From a virus (lineage: Duplodnaviria; Caudoviricetes), in IMG/VR virus record IMGVR_UViG_2675903066_000001, positions 30,717 to 94,716 of that record: a DNA stretch of 64,000 nucleotides. One strand, written 5' to 3'. Under the pieces are notes generated by a model. That model searched no databases and was not told where the DNA came from. It was given only the letters and a program-made list of their open reading frames with translations. This document shows positions 37,242-47,144 of this stretch, piece by piece. A program made the translations under genes and the position numbers. Numbering within the stretch: position 1 is the first letter of the stretch; each line of letters begins with the position of its first letter.

Positions 37242-37514
37242 CTACGACTTCGGGCCCGCCGCCACCACGCGCTTCCAGTCGGAGCCGGCCGAGAACCTTG
37301 GGACCCTCTTGGGCTTCGTCGTCATCGTCTCGCCCGTGGACGGCACCCGCACCGTGCGCGCGGCCGCTTCCACCGGCTTGACCGTGAACGCCCCCGTGAG
37401 CTGCACCGTGTCGCCAGCCGCGACGGCCCCCACGATGTAGTCGAGGATCTCGTTCAGCTTCTGCATCGTCACGCCCGTGGCCTTGGCCACGTCATCCTTG
37501 GTCCTCTTCGCCAT
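37242..37514 (-). CDS. HU family DNA-binding protein
   Basis: TKDDVA...GDTVQL.G.F......AR..R.P.TGE......VPRF.AG. Confidence 0.88.
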   Translation of the reverse strand: MAKRTKDDVAKATGVTMQKLNEILDYIVGAVAAGDTVQLTGAFTVKPVEAAARTVRVPSTGETMTTKPKRVPRFSAGSDWKRVVAAGPKS

Positions 37515-37729
37515 CAGGTTTCTCCCGTCTCTCCATAGGTCTGGCGAAAGCGTAGCGGATTCTGCAAGCGGTAGCGCTGTCTGAATCAGCATTTCTAGTC
37601 GGGCAGGGACTGCCGGCGTGAGCGGTGCCGTGGCGATGGGCGGGGCTGGTTGTGAAGGAAGCACCGCGCACCTGGGGCTGCCTTGCTCCTGCAACAGCCG
37701 GTGCCGCGCGGCCGCGCCGCACACCTCGC

Positions 37730-38011
37730 TCACTCCTCCTCCGCCCGGTCCCGGTAGTACATGACGGTCTGGTGCGTCACCCCGAACCGCTCGGCCAGCT
37801 CGGTCAGCGTCGCTGTCCCGTCGGCCAGCGCCTGCTTGGTCTCAGCCGCGCGCTCGTCGGTGGCGCGGTCTCGAGGTCGGCCGCCCTTGCTGGGCGGTGG
37901 CGGCCCGGTGTCGGGCCGGCCCGCACGCTGCCAGCGCTCGTTGCAGGCTCGGCACAGGAGGCGCTTACGCACGTAGACGGGCTTCTTCGCGCAGCACGAG
38001 CACATGGTCAT
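37730..38011 (-). CDS. Zn-finger plus HTH protein
   Basis: CSCC/CRAC and LTELAERFGVTHQTV. Confidence 0.6.
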   Translation of the reverse strand: MTMCSCCAKKPVYVRKRLLCRACNERWQRAGRPDTGPPPPSKGGRPRDRATDERAAETKQALADGTATLTELAERFGVTHQTVMYYRDRAEEE

Positions 38012-38454
38012 GGCCGGTGCTCCGGGGCGAGCCAGTACCACACCGTGAGGCGATTCTCGGTGCGGTAACCGCGGGAGTTGTAGGGCCGTTCTTCGGACAC
38101 AATCAGGCCCTCTTCCTCCATCTTTCGCAGCGTCGGCTTCAACTTGGTCCCGTTGTACCCCGCGTCGCTACCGGGGTAGGCAACGCCCAGCACGCGCGCC
38201 AATTCCCCGGACGTAAACTCCGAATCCGGGTAGCGCTTAAGGTGCTCCAGCACCCTGGGCATGAGTTGCGGGTAGCGGTACTTGGAGCGTGGTCCTTCCA
38301 GGTCACGCAGGTACCGCCAGATCGTCCGATCGGTCACCTTCAGCCGAGCGGCGATGGCGTAGGGGTTCTCGCCCTGCGCGTGCAGGTCGCAGAACTGCTC
38401 GAACCGGCTTCGCTTGTGCACCCTCATCGTCTTCGGATCCACTGCGGGCGTCAC
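38008..38454 (-). CDS. Double HTH DNA-binding protein
   Basis: IAARLKVTDRTIWRYL and FTSGELARVLG. Confidence 0.65.
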   Translation of the reverse strand: MTPAVDPKTMRVHKRSRFEQFCDLHAQGENPYAIAARLKVTDRTIWRYLRDLEGPRSKYRYPQLMPRVLEHLKRYPDSEFTSGELARVLGVAYPGSDAGYNGTKLKPTLRKMEEEGLIVSEERPYNSRGYRTENRLTVWYWLAPEHRP

Positions 38455-38735
38455 GGCGCTACCTCCTTGATCATCGCGGCGGCCTTCAGCTGCGCGTCGT
38501 GCCACGTCAGGTGCTCGTGCTCGACGAGCGCGCTGATCAGCCGGTGCCATTCGATGGCGGCCGTCCAGGCGTAGAAGACGGTCATCATGTCTGCGCAGAG
38601 CGGCTCGACGAGCTCGTAGAACCACGTCTCCGATTCGGCGCAGGCGGCGAGGTAGCCGAGGTGGCTGTGTCGGCACCCGGTGCTCGAACGTCCGCATGGC
38701 GGGCAAATCGTACTGTCGAGTTGAGTCATGATCAT
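38451..38735 (-). CDS. Hypothetical protein
   Basis: Coupled small ORF. Confidence 0.45.
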   Translation of the reverse strand: MIMTQLDSTICPPCGRSSTGCRHSHLGYLAACAESETWFYELVEPLCADMMTVFYAWTAAIEWHRLISALVEHEHLTWHDAQLKAAAMIKEVAP

Positions 38736-38739
38736 CTCC

Positions 38740-39477
38740 CTAAAAGAGGGCCTCTTGCAGGCCAGGTGCGGCCACGTCGACCTCGAGCGGCGTCGGCCGC
38801 CGGGGCTGCGTGAGGAGGTACGACTGGTCACGGAAGTCCGCGATATCCGGCAGGCTGACCGGCTCCTGTCGCTCGACGTCGGCCCGCCAGCCGAGCACGT
38901 AGGGCAGCAGCTTGTCCGGGGCCTTAACGAGATACGTGCCGTCCACCGAGTCGCAGCCGATCGCCGCGGCGTACCGGTACCGCTTGAGGCTGCTGACGCG
39001 GCCCATGTGCACCCATTTGCCGATCTCGACTGCGTAGGCGGCGAGCGCTGCAGCGGCCCTGCTGAGCTTGAACGCGTCGGTCCCGGCGATGAACAGCACG
39101 TCGTAGTCGTCGTCGTGATCCCACGTGTCGAGGTCCATCAGGTCCTGGGCGGCCAGCGCCGCGGGGAACCCCGCATCCCGGATCCGGCGCAGCATGTCGC
39201 GGGACCGTCGCCAGGTGCCGGGATGGTTGAACGGCACGTCCGGCGCGACCACGAACCGGCACCACTGCCGCAGGTGGCGGAGCTTCCGCAGGAGGCGTAG
39301 GAACTCGTCGTCGCCGACGTACCGGCCGCTGAACGCGCCGTTGTCGATGCAGAACTCCCAGCCCTCCTCCAGCTTGTTGCCCTGCCGCGGCGTGCAGATG
39401 GCGCCGAGCCGGCCCGCGCGGATTTGTTCGCGGATCGGCTCGGTCGACGACGGCGTCATGTAGATCGGCGCCCGCAT
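38740..39477 (-). CDS. TGT/DpdA-like (tRNA-guanine transglycosylase fold) protein
   Basis: IDNGAFS, VAPDV, VHMGR and DSVDGT resemble TGT-fold catalytic motifs. Confidence 0.6.
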   Translation of the reverse strand: MRAPIYMTPSSTEPIREQIRAGRLGAICTPRQGNKLEEGWEFCIDNGAFSGRYVGDDEFLRLLRKLRHLRQWCRFVVAPDVPFNHPGTWRRSRDMLRRIRDAGFPAALAAQDLMDLDTWDHDDDYDVLFIAGTDAFKLSRAAAALAAYAVEIGKWVHMGRVSSLKRYRYAAAIGCDSVDGTYLVKAPDKLLPYVLGWRADVERQEPVSLPDIADFRDQSYLLTQPRRPTPLEVDVAAPGLQEALF

Positions 39478-39480
39478 CGC

Positions 39481-39882
39481 TCACTCCGGCGTGGGGATGC
39501 GGCCGGCCTTGACGAGCAGATGGACGGCCATCAGGTAGACGGCGACGAAACACGAACAGTCGCTGAGCACGGTGCCGCCGCACCGCTCGTGGTCGCCGGT
39601 GTCGTCGTCGACGTGCTGCTCGTGCTCGTCGGCCGCTTCTCGGAAAACGGCCGCGAGCGGCTCGGCCAGGGTGGGGTCCGTCAGCGCCATCCATTCGGCG
39701 TCGCCGAAGCACTGGTAGGCGATGGCGACGTACGTGCCAGGGCTGTTCACGCTGTTGCCGTCCGGCCGCCACGGCGTCGAGCTGGTGACCGCCGCGGCGT
39801 CGAGCACCGCGGCGGCGGCCTCGCGCAGCAGCTCCCGATCCCTCAGGATGCGGGCCCTGATAGCGCGCTCGATACCGCTCAT
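39481..39882 (-). CDS. Hypothetical protein
   Basis: Coupled; TPW...DAEWMAL.DP motif seen in phage proteins. Confidence 0.55.
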   Translation of the reverse strand: MSGIERAIRARILRDRELLREAAAAVLDAAAVTSSTPWRPDGNSVNSPGTYVAIAYQCFGDAEWMALTDPTLAEPLAAVFREAADEHEQHVDDDTGDHERCGGTVLSDCSCFVAVYLMAVHLLVKAGRIPTPE

Positions 39883-40238
39883 CGCGCACGCTCCTGCAGC
39901 CCGTTGTCCGCCAGCTCGTACGCCAGCAGCAGCAGGCCAGCGATCATCGGAGTGTGTCGTCGGGGCAGCGGCGGCTTGTCCTGGTCGCGGAGCACCCGCG
40001 CGTGAGCGATGGCGGCGGCCAGGCAGTCGTCGGGGTCGTCGTGGACGCCGCCGGCGAGCGACCAGTGCATGCGGCCGAGGTGGCCTGCGAGGTAGGCGTA
40101 CCCCTGGTAGGCAACGCCGTCTTTGAACGGCCCGTGCGGGGACGACAGGATGATGATGGTGGGGGTGTCGTCGTCCGGCTCGGGCCGTGCCACGTAGTGC
40201 AGGCCGACGTCGACGGGGCGGCTGTGGTTCTTCTTCAT
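39879..40238 (-). CDS. Hypothetical protein
   Basis: AGGAG RBS. Confidence 0.55.
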   Translation of the reverse strand: MKKNHSRPVDVGLHYVARPEPDDDTPTIIILSSPHGPFKDGVAYQGYAYLAGHLGRMHWSLAGGVHDDPDDCLAAAIAHARVLRDQDKPPLPRRHTPMIAGLLLLAYELADNGLQERAR

Positions 40239-40257
40239 GAGGGGATGTCTCCTGGGT

Positions 40258-40857
40258 CTAGTAGTCGCTGGGGTGCAGGTAGCGGGAGCCCGCGTAGCGG
40301 CCGGTCTCCTCGTCGAACTCGGCGAGCCGCTCGTGGTAGTCGCGGTCGACGTTCGTGATCGGGTACAGCCAGGCGTGGATGTGCGGGTTGAGCCGCACGG
40401 CGAGGACCTGGTCCAGCTCGCGGGTGTCGATGTGGGAGTGGCCCTGGTACTTGGTCGCCATCCAGAGGCGGCCGACGTCGATCAGCGCGTCGGCCAGCGC
40501 CCGTGTGGGGCTTCCCTCCGGGTAGTCGTCGATCAGCGCCGACAGGAACTTCTCCAGGTCCCCCAGCTGCGTGAACGGCTCGTAGGCGGAGAACGGCGGC
40601 CGGATCCGGTAGTGGCCCCATTCCACGTCCTCGGTCATCAGGCAGACGGTGTTGGTGCGGCGGGAGCCGGTGCCTTGGATGACGTAGCCGCGGCCGAGCC
40701 TCGTCGAGAACGGGGTGATGGCGCGCCGGTGGATGTTGTGCTCGCGACACAGCTCCATGAGCTGCTCTTTCGTGCCGTGGACGATGTTGTCGCCGTCGAG
40801 TTCGACGAGGTCGAGGGGGACGCGGGCGTAGGTGGGCAGCCATGCCGGTTGCTGCAT
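40258..40857 (-). CDS. Hypothetical protein
   Basis: MQQPAW start with AAGGAG RBS. Confidence 0.65.
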   Translation of the reverse strand: MQQPAWLPTYARVPLDLVELDGDNIVHGTKEQLMELCREHNIHRRAITPFSTRLGRGYVIQGTGSRRTNTVCLMTEDVEWGHYRIRPPFSAYEPFTQLGDLEKFLSALIDDYPEGSPTRALADALIDVGRLWMATKYQGHSHIDTRELDQVLAVRLNPHIHAWLYPITNVDRDYHERLAEFDEETGRYAGSRYLHPSDY

Positions 40858-40936
40858 CAGGGTCTCCTTGCGGGTGGGCCCCGCCCCGGCCGCCGGGGCG
40901 GGGTGAGGTTGCATGCGGTAGCGCTGGCGCTATCTG

Positions 40937-41389
40937 TCAGCTTTCACGGGCGGCCACGTACCACTGCGGCGCCCCCGGCTCGGGGATGCCGAGTGCGTCG
41001 AGCGCGGCTCGCAGCATTTGCGTGGCAGCGGGCTCGTGCTCGACGAGCTCGGCTACGGTGATGCGCTGGGCGGGGGATCGTTCGGACGCGTCTGTGCGGT
41101 ACGACACCACGAGCCAGCGTTCGGCTCCTTCGCTTCCGTAGTCGACCAGGTGGACGCCCCACAGGTCGTCGGCGAACCCGCGGTCGAGGCCGTCCATCGC
41201 CGGGGTTTCGCCCTTGAGGGTGATGAGGTGGGCGGCGGCCTGCTCACCGAACCCGATGTTGTGGGGGTCGGCGGGGTCGTACCAGTCCACGGCGGGGTGG
41301 CCGCTGGCGGTTGTGGGGATCTTCCAGCCGAGCGGAGCGCCGGGCCCGCCGAGGTCGTAGCCGAAGACGAGCATTCCGGTGGCGGTCAT
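40937..41389 (-). CDS. Hypothetical protein
   Basis: MTATG...LVFGYDLG start with AAGG RBS. Confidence 0.65.
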   Translation of the reverse strand: MTATGMLVFGYDLGGPGAPLGWKIPTTASGHPAVDWYDPADPHNIGFGEQAAAHLITLKGETPAMDGLDRGFADDLWGVHLVDYGSEGAERWLVVSYRTDASERSPAQRITVAELVEHEPAATQMLRAALDALGIPEPGAPQWYVAARES

Positions 41390-41423
41390 GAGTAGTGCCT
41401 TTCTGCCAGCGGTTGCGCTGGCG

Positions 41424-43349
41424 CTATGCGGTAAGGGCGTAGTCGTGGGCGAACCGGTCGAACTCGACGTTGAGGATCGCCTCGATGACAGCACACGCGA
41501 GGATCTCGGCCATGGGCGGAGGTACCGCGTTGCCGATCAGCTTGACCTTGTCGCGCGCGGTGTCGGCGACGAACCGGTAGTCGTCGCGGAACGACTGGGC
41601 ACGCTGCAGTTCCTTGAGCTTGAGCATCCGGAACTTGATGGACTGCACGTCGATCTGGCCGTCCGGGGTGAGCAGCGCCCATCGGTCGCGAGTCGGAACC
41701 GTTCCCAACGGCTCGTTCACGCCCTGCACGCGGCCGTTGCCGTAGTACGCCATCAGCAGCGTCTCGGGCATGGGCAGGCCGGGCGGAGCGGTGACGAGCG
41801 ACTGGTGCCCGGTCGTGGTGACCGTGCGCATGTGCTCGCTGGTCGGCGTGACGTGCTCGCGCCCGTCTCCCTTGGAGCCGTTGTTGCGCATCAGGAGCGA
41901 AGGCGGAGGCGACCAGCCGGGAGGGACGCCGAGCCCGTGATGGAAGCCGCCGGCCGTGACCGCATGCGCGGGGTCCTCGAACGCGGGCCTCGACCTGAAC
42001 TCGTCTCCACCGCCACGGAACGGGAACATCAGCGGCAGCATCCCGTCCTTCATGTCGGGGTCGCTGGCCAGCGCGTGGTTGGAGCCGTCCGAGACGAGGG
42101 TGGCCAGCGGGTCCGTGGTCGGGTTGGTGTTCCGCGCCCGGTCCGACCGCATCAGGGACAGGAACGCCGGGAACGCGCCGAGCTGCGAGTCAGGGTTGAA
42201 CGCGATGGCGTCTTCCAGCCGAGTCGTGCTGGTTCGTTTCGGCATGCTGGTCGGCCGGGCCTTCTTGCCGTCGCGCCCTTCGCACGGCACGACAAGCGCG
42301 TTGGCCTCGCGCGTGGTGAGCGCGGAGATCGGCTCGTCCACTCCTCTGGGGCCGTCGTTCCACGTGCCGCCCGCGGGAGTGATGAACGGCTTGATCCAGT
42401 GCTCTTCGACGCCAGCACGGATACGGGCGATCGTCTTCGGCGCCAGGCCCTCAGGCTTCTGCTTCGTCTTCTTCCTGGAGCCGATCGGCGTGCCGAGGTC
42501 GGTCCAGTCCACCGCGTAGGCGGCGGGGAGCACCGGAGGTTCGATGATCTGCCCCTGGCAGGACACCTCGGGACACACCCACACGTACTGGCCGTGCTTG
42601 ATGCCGTAGACGCCCATGTCCACGCCGTGGCGCTTCCACGCCCTGACGGCCTGCACCCATCCTCCGTGGCTGGGACAGAAGGCGTACGGGTCGAACCACT
42701 TGGAGTAGTTCGGGGTACGGCCCACGGACTCGTGGACGGCCGAGACGAGCATCCGGTCGCGGGACTGCGGGGTGGGCAGCGTGGTCCGGCCTTGTACGTG
42801 CGCGGCGTTGACGGCGTGGATCTGGACGATGTACCCGAGCTTCCGCAGCTCGCGGATCCACCGGTCCCAGTGCGCCCACAGGCGCGCTTGGACCACGTTC
42901 TCGACGCCGAAGCCCAGCACCGGCTTGCCGTGCTTCTCCTGGCAGTGGCGCAGGTAGGTGACGACCTCCTCCATCAGGGCGCGACTTCGGATGCGGGTCT
43001 TCTGGTGCTCGTCGAGGTCGTCCAGGTCGTCGGCCCAGAGGGCCATCTGGTTCTCTTTGTCGAAGTACCGCGTCTCGCCCGAGGCCGTACTGAACGCCGG
43101 ACACGCCGGAGATGCCCAGAAAAAGCTGGCGTAGGGGAACTTCTCGATGGCGTCGGCCGCCTGGACGTCGCCGAGCCAGAAGTCGACGTCGGGGTGGTTC
43201 GCGACGTACGTCCACTTCGCCGTCTTCGCGTGGTTGGCGGCGAACTTCAGCTTGGTGCCGGGGACGGCCGCGATTCCGGTTCCGGAGCCGCCGCCACCTG
43301 CGAACATCTCGACAACGTCGATGTCGTCGGGGAAAAGCCGGTTAAGCAC
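41424..43349 (-). CDS. DNA cytosine-C5 methyltransferase with long variable region
   Basis: FAGGGG (I), SPAC (IV), ENV (VI), QSRDR (VIII), RML...E..RAQSF (IX), GNAVPP (X). Confidence 0.93.
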   Translation of the reverse strand: MLNRLFPDDIDVVEMFAGGGGSGTGIAAVPGTKLKFAANHAKTAKWTYVANHPDVDFWLGDVQAADAIEKFPYASFFWASPACPAFSTASGETRYFDKENQMALWADDLDDLDEHQKTRIRSRALMEEVVTYLRHCQEKHGKPVLGFGVENVVQARLWAHWDRWIRELRKLGYIVQIHAVNAAHVQGRTTLPTPQSRDRMLVSAVHESVGRTPNYSKWFDPYAFCPSHGGWVQAVRAWKRHGVDMGVYGIKHGQYVWVCPEVSCQGQIIEPPVLPAAYAVDWTDLGTPIGSRKKTKQKPEGLAPKTIARIRAGVEEHWIKPFITPAGGTWNDGPRGVDEPISALTTREANALVVPCEGRDGKKARPTSMPKRTSTTRLEDAIAFNPDSQLGAFPAFLSLMRSDRARNTNPTTDPLATLVSDGSNHALASDPDMKDGMLPLMFPFRGGGDEFRSRPAFEDPAHAVTAGGFHHGLGVPPGWSPPPSLLMRNNGSKGDGREHVTPTSEHMRTVTTTGHQSLVTAPPGLPMPETLLMAYYGNGRVQGVNEPLGTVPTRDRWALLTPDGQIDVQSIKFRMLKLKELQRAQSFRDDYRFVADTARDKVKLIGNAVPPPMAEILACAVIEAILNVEFDRFAHDYALTA

Positions 43350-43426
43350 AGATTCTCCGTAGGTAGTGAAGGGAACGGCCCCGCCTCGTGGGGAGGCGGG
43401 GCCGTGAGTGGGGGTATGGCGGCGCT

Positions 43427-45079
43427 CTACTCCTCGGCCGGGATGACCACGAGCACCGTGCTCACGTTGGTCCCGGCCGATGCGAACGCGTCGTCGGGCA
43501 GTTGCGTGATGCTGCCACCGCGGGCCTCGACCAGCTCGCGGAACTCCTTGGCGACGTTGGCGACATGGTGGGCGACGCCGTTACTCATGACGGCGACCAG
43601 CCGACCGCCAGGCTTGAGGAACCGGAGCGCGTGCGTGACGTGCCGGATGTCCTGGCCTTTCGAGAACGGCGGGTTCATGACGACCCGGTCGAACCGGTAC
43701 GGGTAGTTGTCCGGCTCGACCTGGAGGAAGTCACCCGAAGTCACGTCGGCAACGGCATCCATGTCCAGCAGGTCTGGCGCGAACGGCGCGTACAGCTCCA
43801 CGCAGTGGACCGCGAGAGCGCCCGCCAGGGCGGCCGCCTTCACGAGCGCGCCCCGCCCTGCTGACGGTTCGAGGACCGTCATGCCGGGACGGATCTCGGC
43901 CGCCTCGATCACCCGCTCGACCACCATGGGCGTGGAGAAGAACGTCTCCAGGCCGCGCGGAACCTCCAGGGCCGCCGTCTCGATCTTCGCCGCGAGCTCG
44001 GCCACGTCCAACCTCGGCGCCTGGACCGTGCGCCGCGCAGGCGCCGGAGGCGGGGGCGGGGCGGGGCTGTCGGACTTGGGCTTGGCGGCCGGGAAGATGG
44101 TGTCCTCGTGCGGGCACTCGACGGCGCGGATCTCGGTGAACTTCACCTTGTCCGGCCACGAGTACCCGGACTCGACACTCACCGTCACCTTGTTGACCTT
44201 CACCACGGTGCGAGGCTGCAGTCCCCAGTAGCGGACGACGTCGCCGACGTGCACGTTGTGCTTGCCCCACTCGACGTACTGACCCGCCTCCACCGCGGCG
44301 TCCAGCTGCGCACGGTCGTACTGGAGCTGGTTCTCCAACTGGGCCTTGCGGGCGAGCAGCCGTTCTCGGTAGTCGCCGGTGGCGGGCTTGTGGACCTCGA
44401 TGTAGTACGGCTCGCCCGCGTGGTCGAGATGCCTGCGCTCGTGGCCGTCCAACGCCTTCTGAATCTTGCGCAGCTCGGCCTCGGCCGTCTTGATGCGGCG
44501 AGCCGTCACGGCCGGGGTCGCGGAGCGACGCATCTGCGAGCCGACCGCGCTGGCGCGGCGGGCCACCTCGTGCGCCGCCTTGTCCTCGTCGACGCTCTTG
44601 CGCATCGCGGCGTGCATCTTCTCCCGGTCCCGACGTGCGCCCGGCTCCGAGTGGTGGCCGACGAGGATGGGCTGACCGCCCGCGAACCGTTCGCTGAGCT
44701 GCGACGCCCGCTCGTGAGCGGAGGCCGCCGCGCCGGCGTGGCGTTCGACCTTCCGCTCCAGCGCGTCGCGGCGGTCTTCCAGCCGGTCGGCCTTGTCCTC
44801 CAGGACCTGGGCGCGGTCGCGAAATTCGTCGTCGATCTCGACGGTGACGTCGAACCCGGCAGCGCGCAGCGCCTCAGCCGCCTGGTTGATGCGGTAGCGG
44901 TCGGCCACCTGATCGCGGCTGCTGCGGATACCAATACAGGGCAGGCCCTGCCTGGCCATGCTGGGGAAATAGGCGAATCGGCCGTTCTCCCACTTCTTGA
45001 CGATGTCGAGCACCCCGTCGCCCTTGACGGTCCCGTACACGAGGGTGCCGTCCTCATGGTTGTGCTTAATCGTGATCAC
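43427..45079 (-). CDS. DUF3560 domain fused to N6/N4-type methyltransferase
   Basis: GQPILVGHHSE (DUF3560), then FF.TP, VLEPSAG.G and VMNPPF. Confidence 0.88.
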   Translation of the reverse strand: MITIKHNHEDGTLVYGTVKGDGVLDIVKKWENGRFAYFPSMARQGLPCIGIRSSRDQVADRYRINQAAEALRAAGFDVTVEIDDEFRDRAQVLEDKADRLEDRRDALERKVERHAGAAASAHERASQLSERFAGGQPILVGHHSEPGARRDREKMHAAMRKSVDEDKAAHEVARRASAVGSQMRRSATPAVTARRIKTAEAELRKIQKALDGHERRHLDHAGEPYYIEVHKPATGDYRERLLARKAQLENQLQYDRAQLDAAVEAGQYVEWGKHNVHVGDVVRYWGLQPRTVVKVNKVTVSVESGYSWPDKVKFTEIRAVECPHEDTIFPAAKPKSDSPAPPPPPAPARRTVQAPRLDVAELAAKIETAALEVPRGLETFFSTPMVVERVIEAAEIRPGMTVLEPSAGRGALVKAAALAGALAVHCVELYAPFAPDLLDMDAVADVTSGDFLQVEPDNYPYRFDRVVMNPPFSKGQDIRHVTHALRFLKPGGRLVAVMSNGVAHHVANVAKEFRELVEARGGSITQLPDDAFASAGTNVSTVLVVIPAEE

Positions 45080-45726
45080 TGCTCGGAGTCCTCGCCCTCG
45101 CCGTCGACGTCGGCCGGGAAAAACCCGATGTCGTCCTTCAGCACCCGGTCGAGCAGTTCGCGGACCTCGTCGCGAGTCGGCGCGGGACCGCGCACCACCT
45201 CGTAGACAGCGCAGGTCTCCGGGCAGCGCAGGCCCACGTGGGTGCCGCAGTGGTCGCAGGGCCGGTTCTTCGGCACGGTGTCGCGCACGTCGAACACCCG
45301 CTCCGACGTGAACCCGCTCCACTCGCCCGCGTCGACCTCTTCGGTCTGGCCGGTCTCCTTGTTCTCGAACTCCTCGACCTTCTTGCCGCCGCGGCGGCGG
45401 GCGATGACCCGCATCGGCTCGGCGGTCTTCAGGACGGCGCGGTCCTCCTTCGCCCAGAAGAACGCGGAGTTCACCCGCGTCGCGTTCGGGTTCTGGGCGA
45501 GCATGGCCAGCGCGTTGCGCAGCGTGCGGTGGCCCTGCACACGGGCCGCGTACTCGCGGAACGCGTCGATCAGGTCCGGCCGCTGCGAAAGCGCCCGGGC
45601 GCCCATCACGACCGCGTCGCTGACGATCTTCTTGTCAGCGTCCTTGCTTTCGCGCCACACCTGCTTCTCGGCCTCGGTCCAGCTGGCGCGAGGACGGGTG
45701 CGGCGGCGTCGACTCTTGAGAGTCAT
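45076..45726 (-). CDS. ArdC-like ssDNA-binding domain protein
   Basis: RNAL...QNPNAT.V.....W....R.V.K...F....VFDV.DT. Confidence 0.7.
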   Translation of the reverse strand: MTLKSRRRRTRPRASWTEAEKQVWRESKDADKKIVSDAVVMGARALSQRPDLIDAFREYAARVQGHRTLRNALAMLAQNPNATRVNSAFFWAKEDRAVLKTAEPMRVIARRRGGKKVEEFENKETGQTEEVDAGEWSGFTSERVFDVRDTVPKNRPCDHCGTHVGLRCPETCAVYEVVRGPAPTRDEVRELLDRVLKDDIGFFPADVDGEGEDSEQ

Positions 45727-45811
45727 TCGGGTTCCTTTTCTCGATGCGCAAGCGGCACCGCTGGCGCTTTGTGCGTCAGCGGTGCCGGTGGTGGTTGCGG
45801 GGTTTGCGGAG

Positions 45812-46231
45812 TTACGGGTACGAGAGCTCGTAGCCGTCCGGCAGGGACACGCGCCGGGAGCACTGCTCGCACTCGAAGCCGTCGTTCTCGAAGCAGCTGT
45901 CGCCGAGTGCAACGCTGATGACGCCCGGCCTGATGATGGTCAGCTCGTTGGACCGGGTGGCCACGTCGAGCTCGACGATCTCGTCGGTGGCGCTGCAGTC
46001 GGCGTAGGGGCAGACGAGCTTGCCGTCCAGAACGAGCACGGCGGGCTCGTCGTCCTGGTCGTCCGCCGTCCCGGACAGTGGGGCCTCGCAGCACTTGGAC
46101 ACGATCGTCGCCCGCGAGTCGCCGCGGGTGATGATGCGCGAGTTGGTGCCGCACGAGGGGCAGATGCGCCGTTCGACGTCAGGCAGCTCGTAGTCCTCGT
46201 CGCCGAAGGTGAGGTCGTTGTCCGTCATCAC
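45812..46231 (-). CDS. Cys-rich hypothetical protein
   Basis: CPSC, CC, CPYADC and CEQC. Confidence 0.6.
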   Translation of the reverse strand: MMTDNDLTFGDEDYELPDVERRICPSCGTNSRIITRGDSRATIVSKCCEAPLSGTADDQDDEPAVLVLDGKLVCPYADCSATDEIVELDVATRSNELTIIRPGVISVALGDSCFENDGFECEQCSRRVSLPDGYELSYP

Positions 46232-46731
46232 GCCTGCCCTTCCGGGAGCATCGGGAGGCCGTACCGCTTGTCGGGCGGGCCGAGGATCACGGTGATGCCG
46301 AGCGCCTTGGCGCGGTCGAGCGCGGCCTGCCCGTCAGCGGCCCACTCACGGACCTGCCACCGGCCGCCGCTCTGGTTGACCAGCGCATACTCGCCGAACT
46401 CCACGTCCCGGTCGCCGTGGCGGCCGTGCGCGATCGGGCCCATCGGCCGGTACCGCTTGCCGCCGTCCGGGAGGACAACGTGGTGGCCAGCGTGCGGCAG
46501 GCACCGGTCACAGCCGAGCGTGCCAGCGGTGTAGGAGCACAGGTCACCGTAGGTGCCGGTGTCCTCCCGCGTGACGGGATGCTCCTGCAGCAGCGGGCAG
46601 CCCGCGATGTGCATCCACTCGCGGCCCTCGCCGCGGGCCGTCATCACGTACGGGTGACGTCCGTTCGGGTCCTGGTACGGGGCGCTGTTGAGCATCGCCA
46701 CGGAGAACTTGATCGGCTTCATGGTGGTCAT
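46228..46731 (-). CDS. Hypothetical protein
   Basis: ATGA coupling; HIAGC and CDRC. Confidence 0.55.
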   Translation of the reverse strand: MTTMKPIKFSVAMLNSAPYQDPNGRHPYVMTARGEGREWMHIAGCPLLQEHPVTREDTGTYGDLCSYTAGTLGCDRCLPHAGHHVVLPDGGKRYRPMGPIAHGRHGDRDVEFGEYALVNQSGGRWQVREWAADGQAALDRAKALGITVILGPPDKRYGLPMLPEGQA

Positions 46732-47144
46732 GCGACGGCCCTTCGGAGGTGCTGCGCGGACGTGACATACGGGTTGGCGCGCTCCTCGCCCTCGACGTAC
46801 GAGACGACCAGCCGGACGGGGCACGCCCGGCTGGTGAGCGCGGTCGGCGTCTCGACGTACATGTCGACGACCTGGCCGACCCGATCGCCGACCTTCACCG
46901 GGTCGCCGACACGGAACTCGGTCATCTGGTCGCGTCGGCCGCGCACGTGCGTCGTGATGTCGCGGCGGTTCAGGTGCCGCCAGCCGGCCGATCCGGGAAC
47001 GCGGACGACGGCCTTGACCGGCGCTGTCCCGTCGAACAGGACGCGGATGGTCCAGCCGTCGCGCTCCAGGACGAGCGCCTGGCCGTCCCTAGCGACGGTC
47101 CAGTGCCCGAGGTTGGCACGGGCCATTAACGTCTGCGGGTTCAT
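46728..47144 (-). CDS. Hypothetical protein
   Basis: MNPQTL start with AAGGAGG RBS. Confidence 0.55.
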   Translation of the reverse strand: MNPQTLMARANLGHWTVARDGQALVLERDGWTIRVLFDGTAPVKAVVRVPGSAGWRHLNRRDITTHVRGRRDQMTEFRVGDPVKVGDRVGQVVDMYVETPTALTSRACPVRLVVSYVEGEERANPYVTSAQHLRRAVA

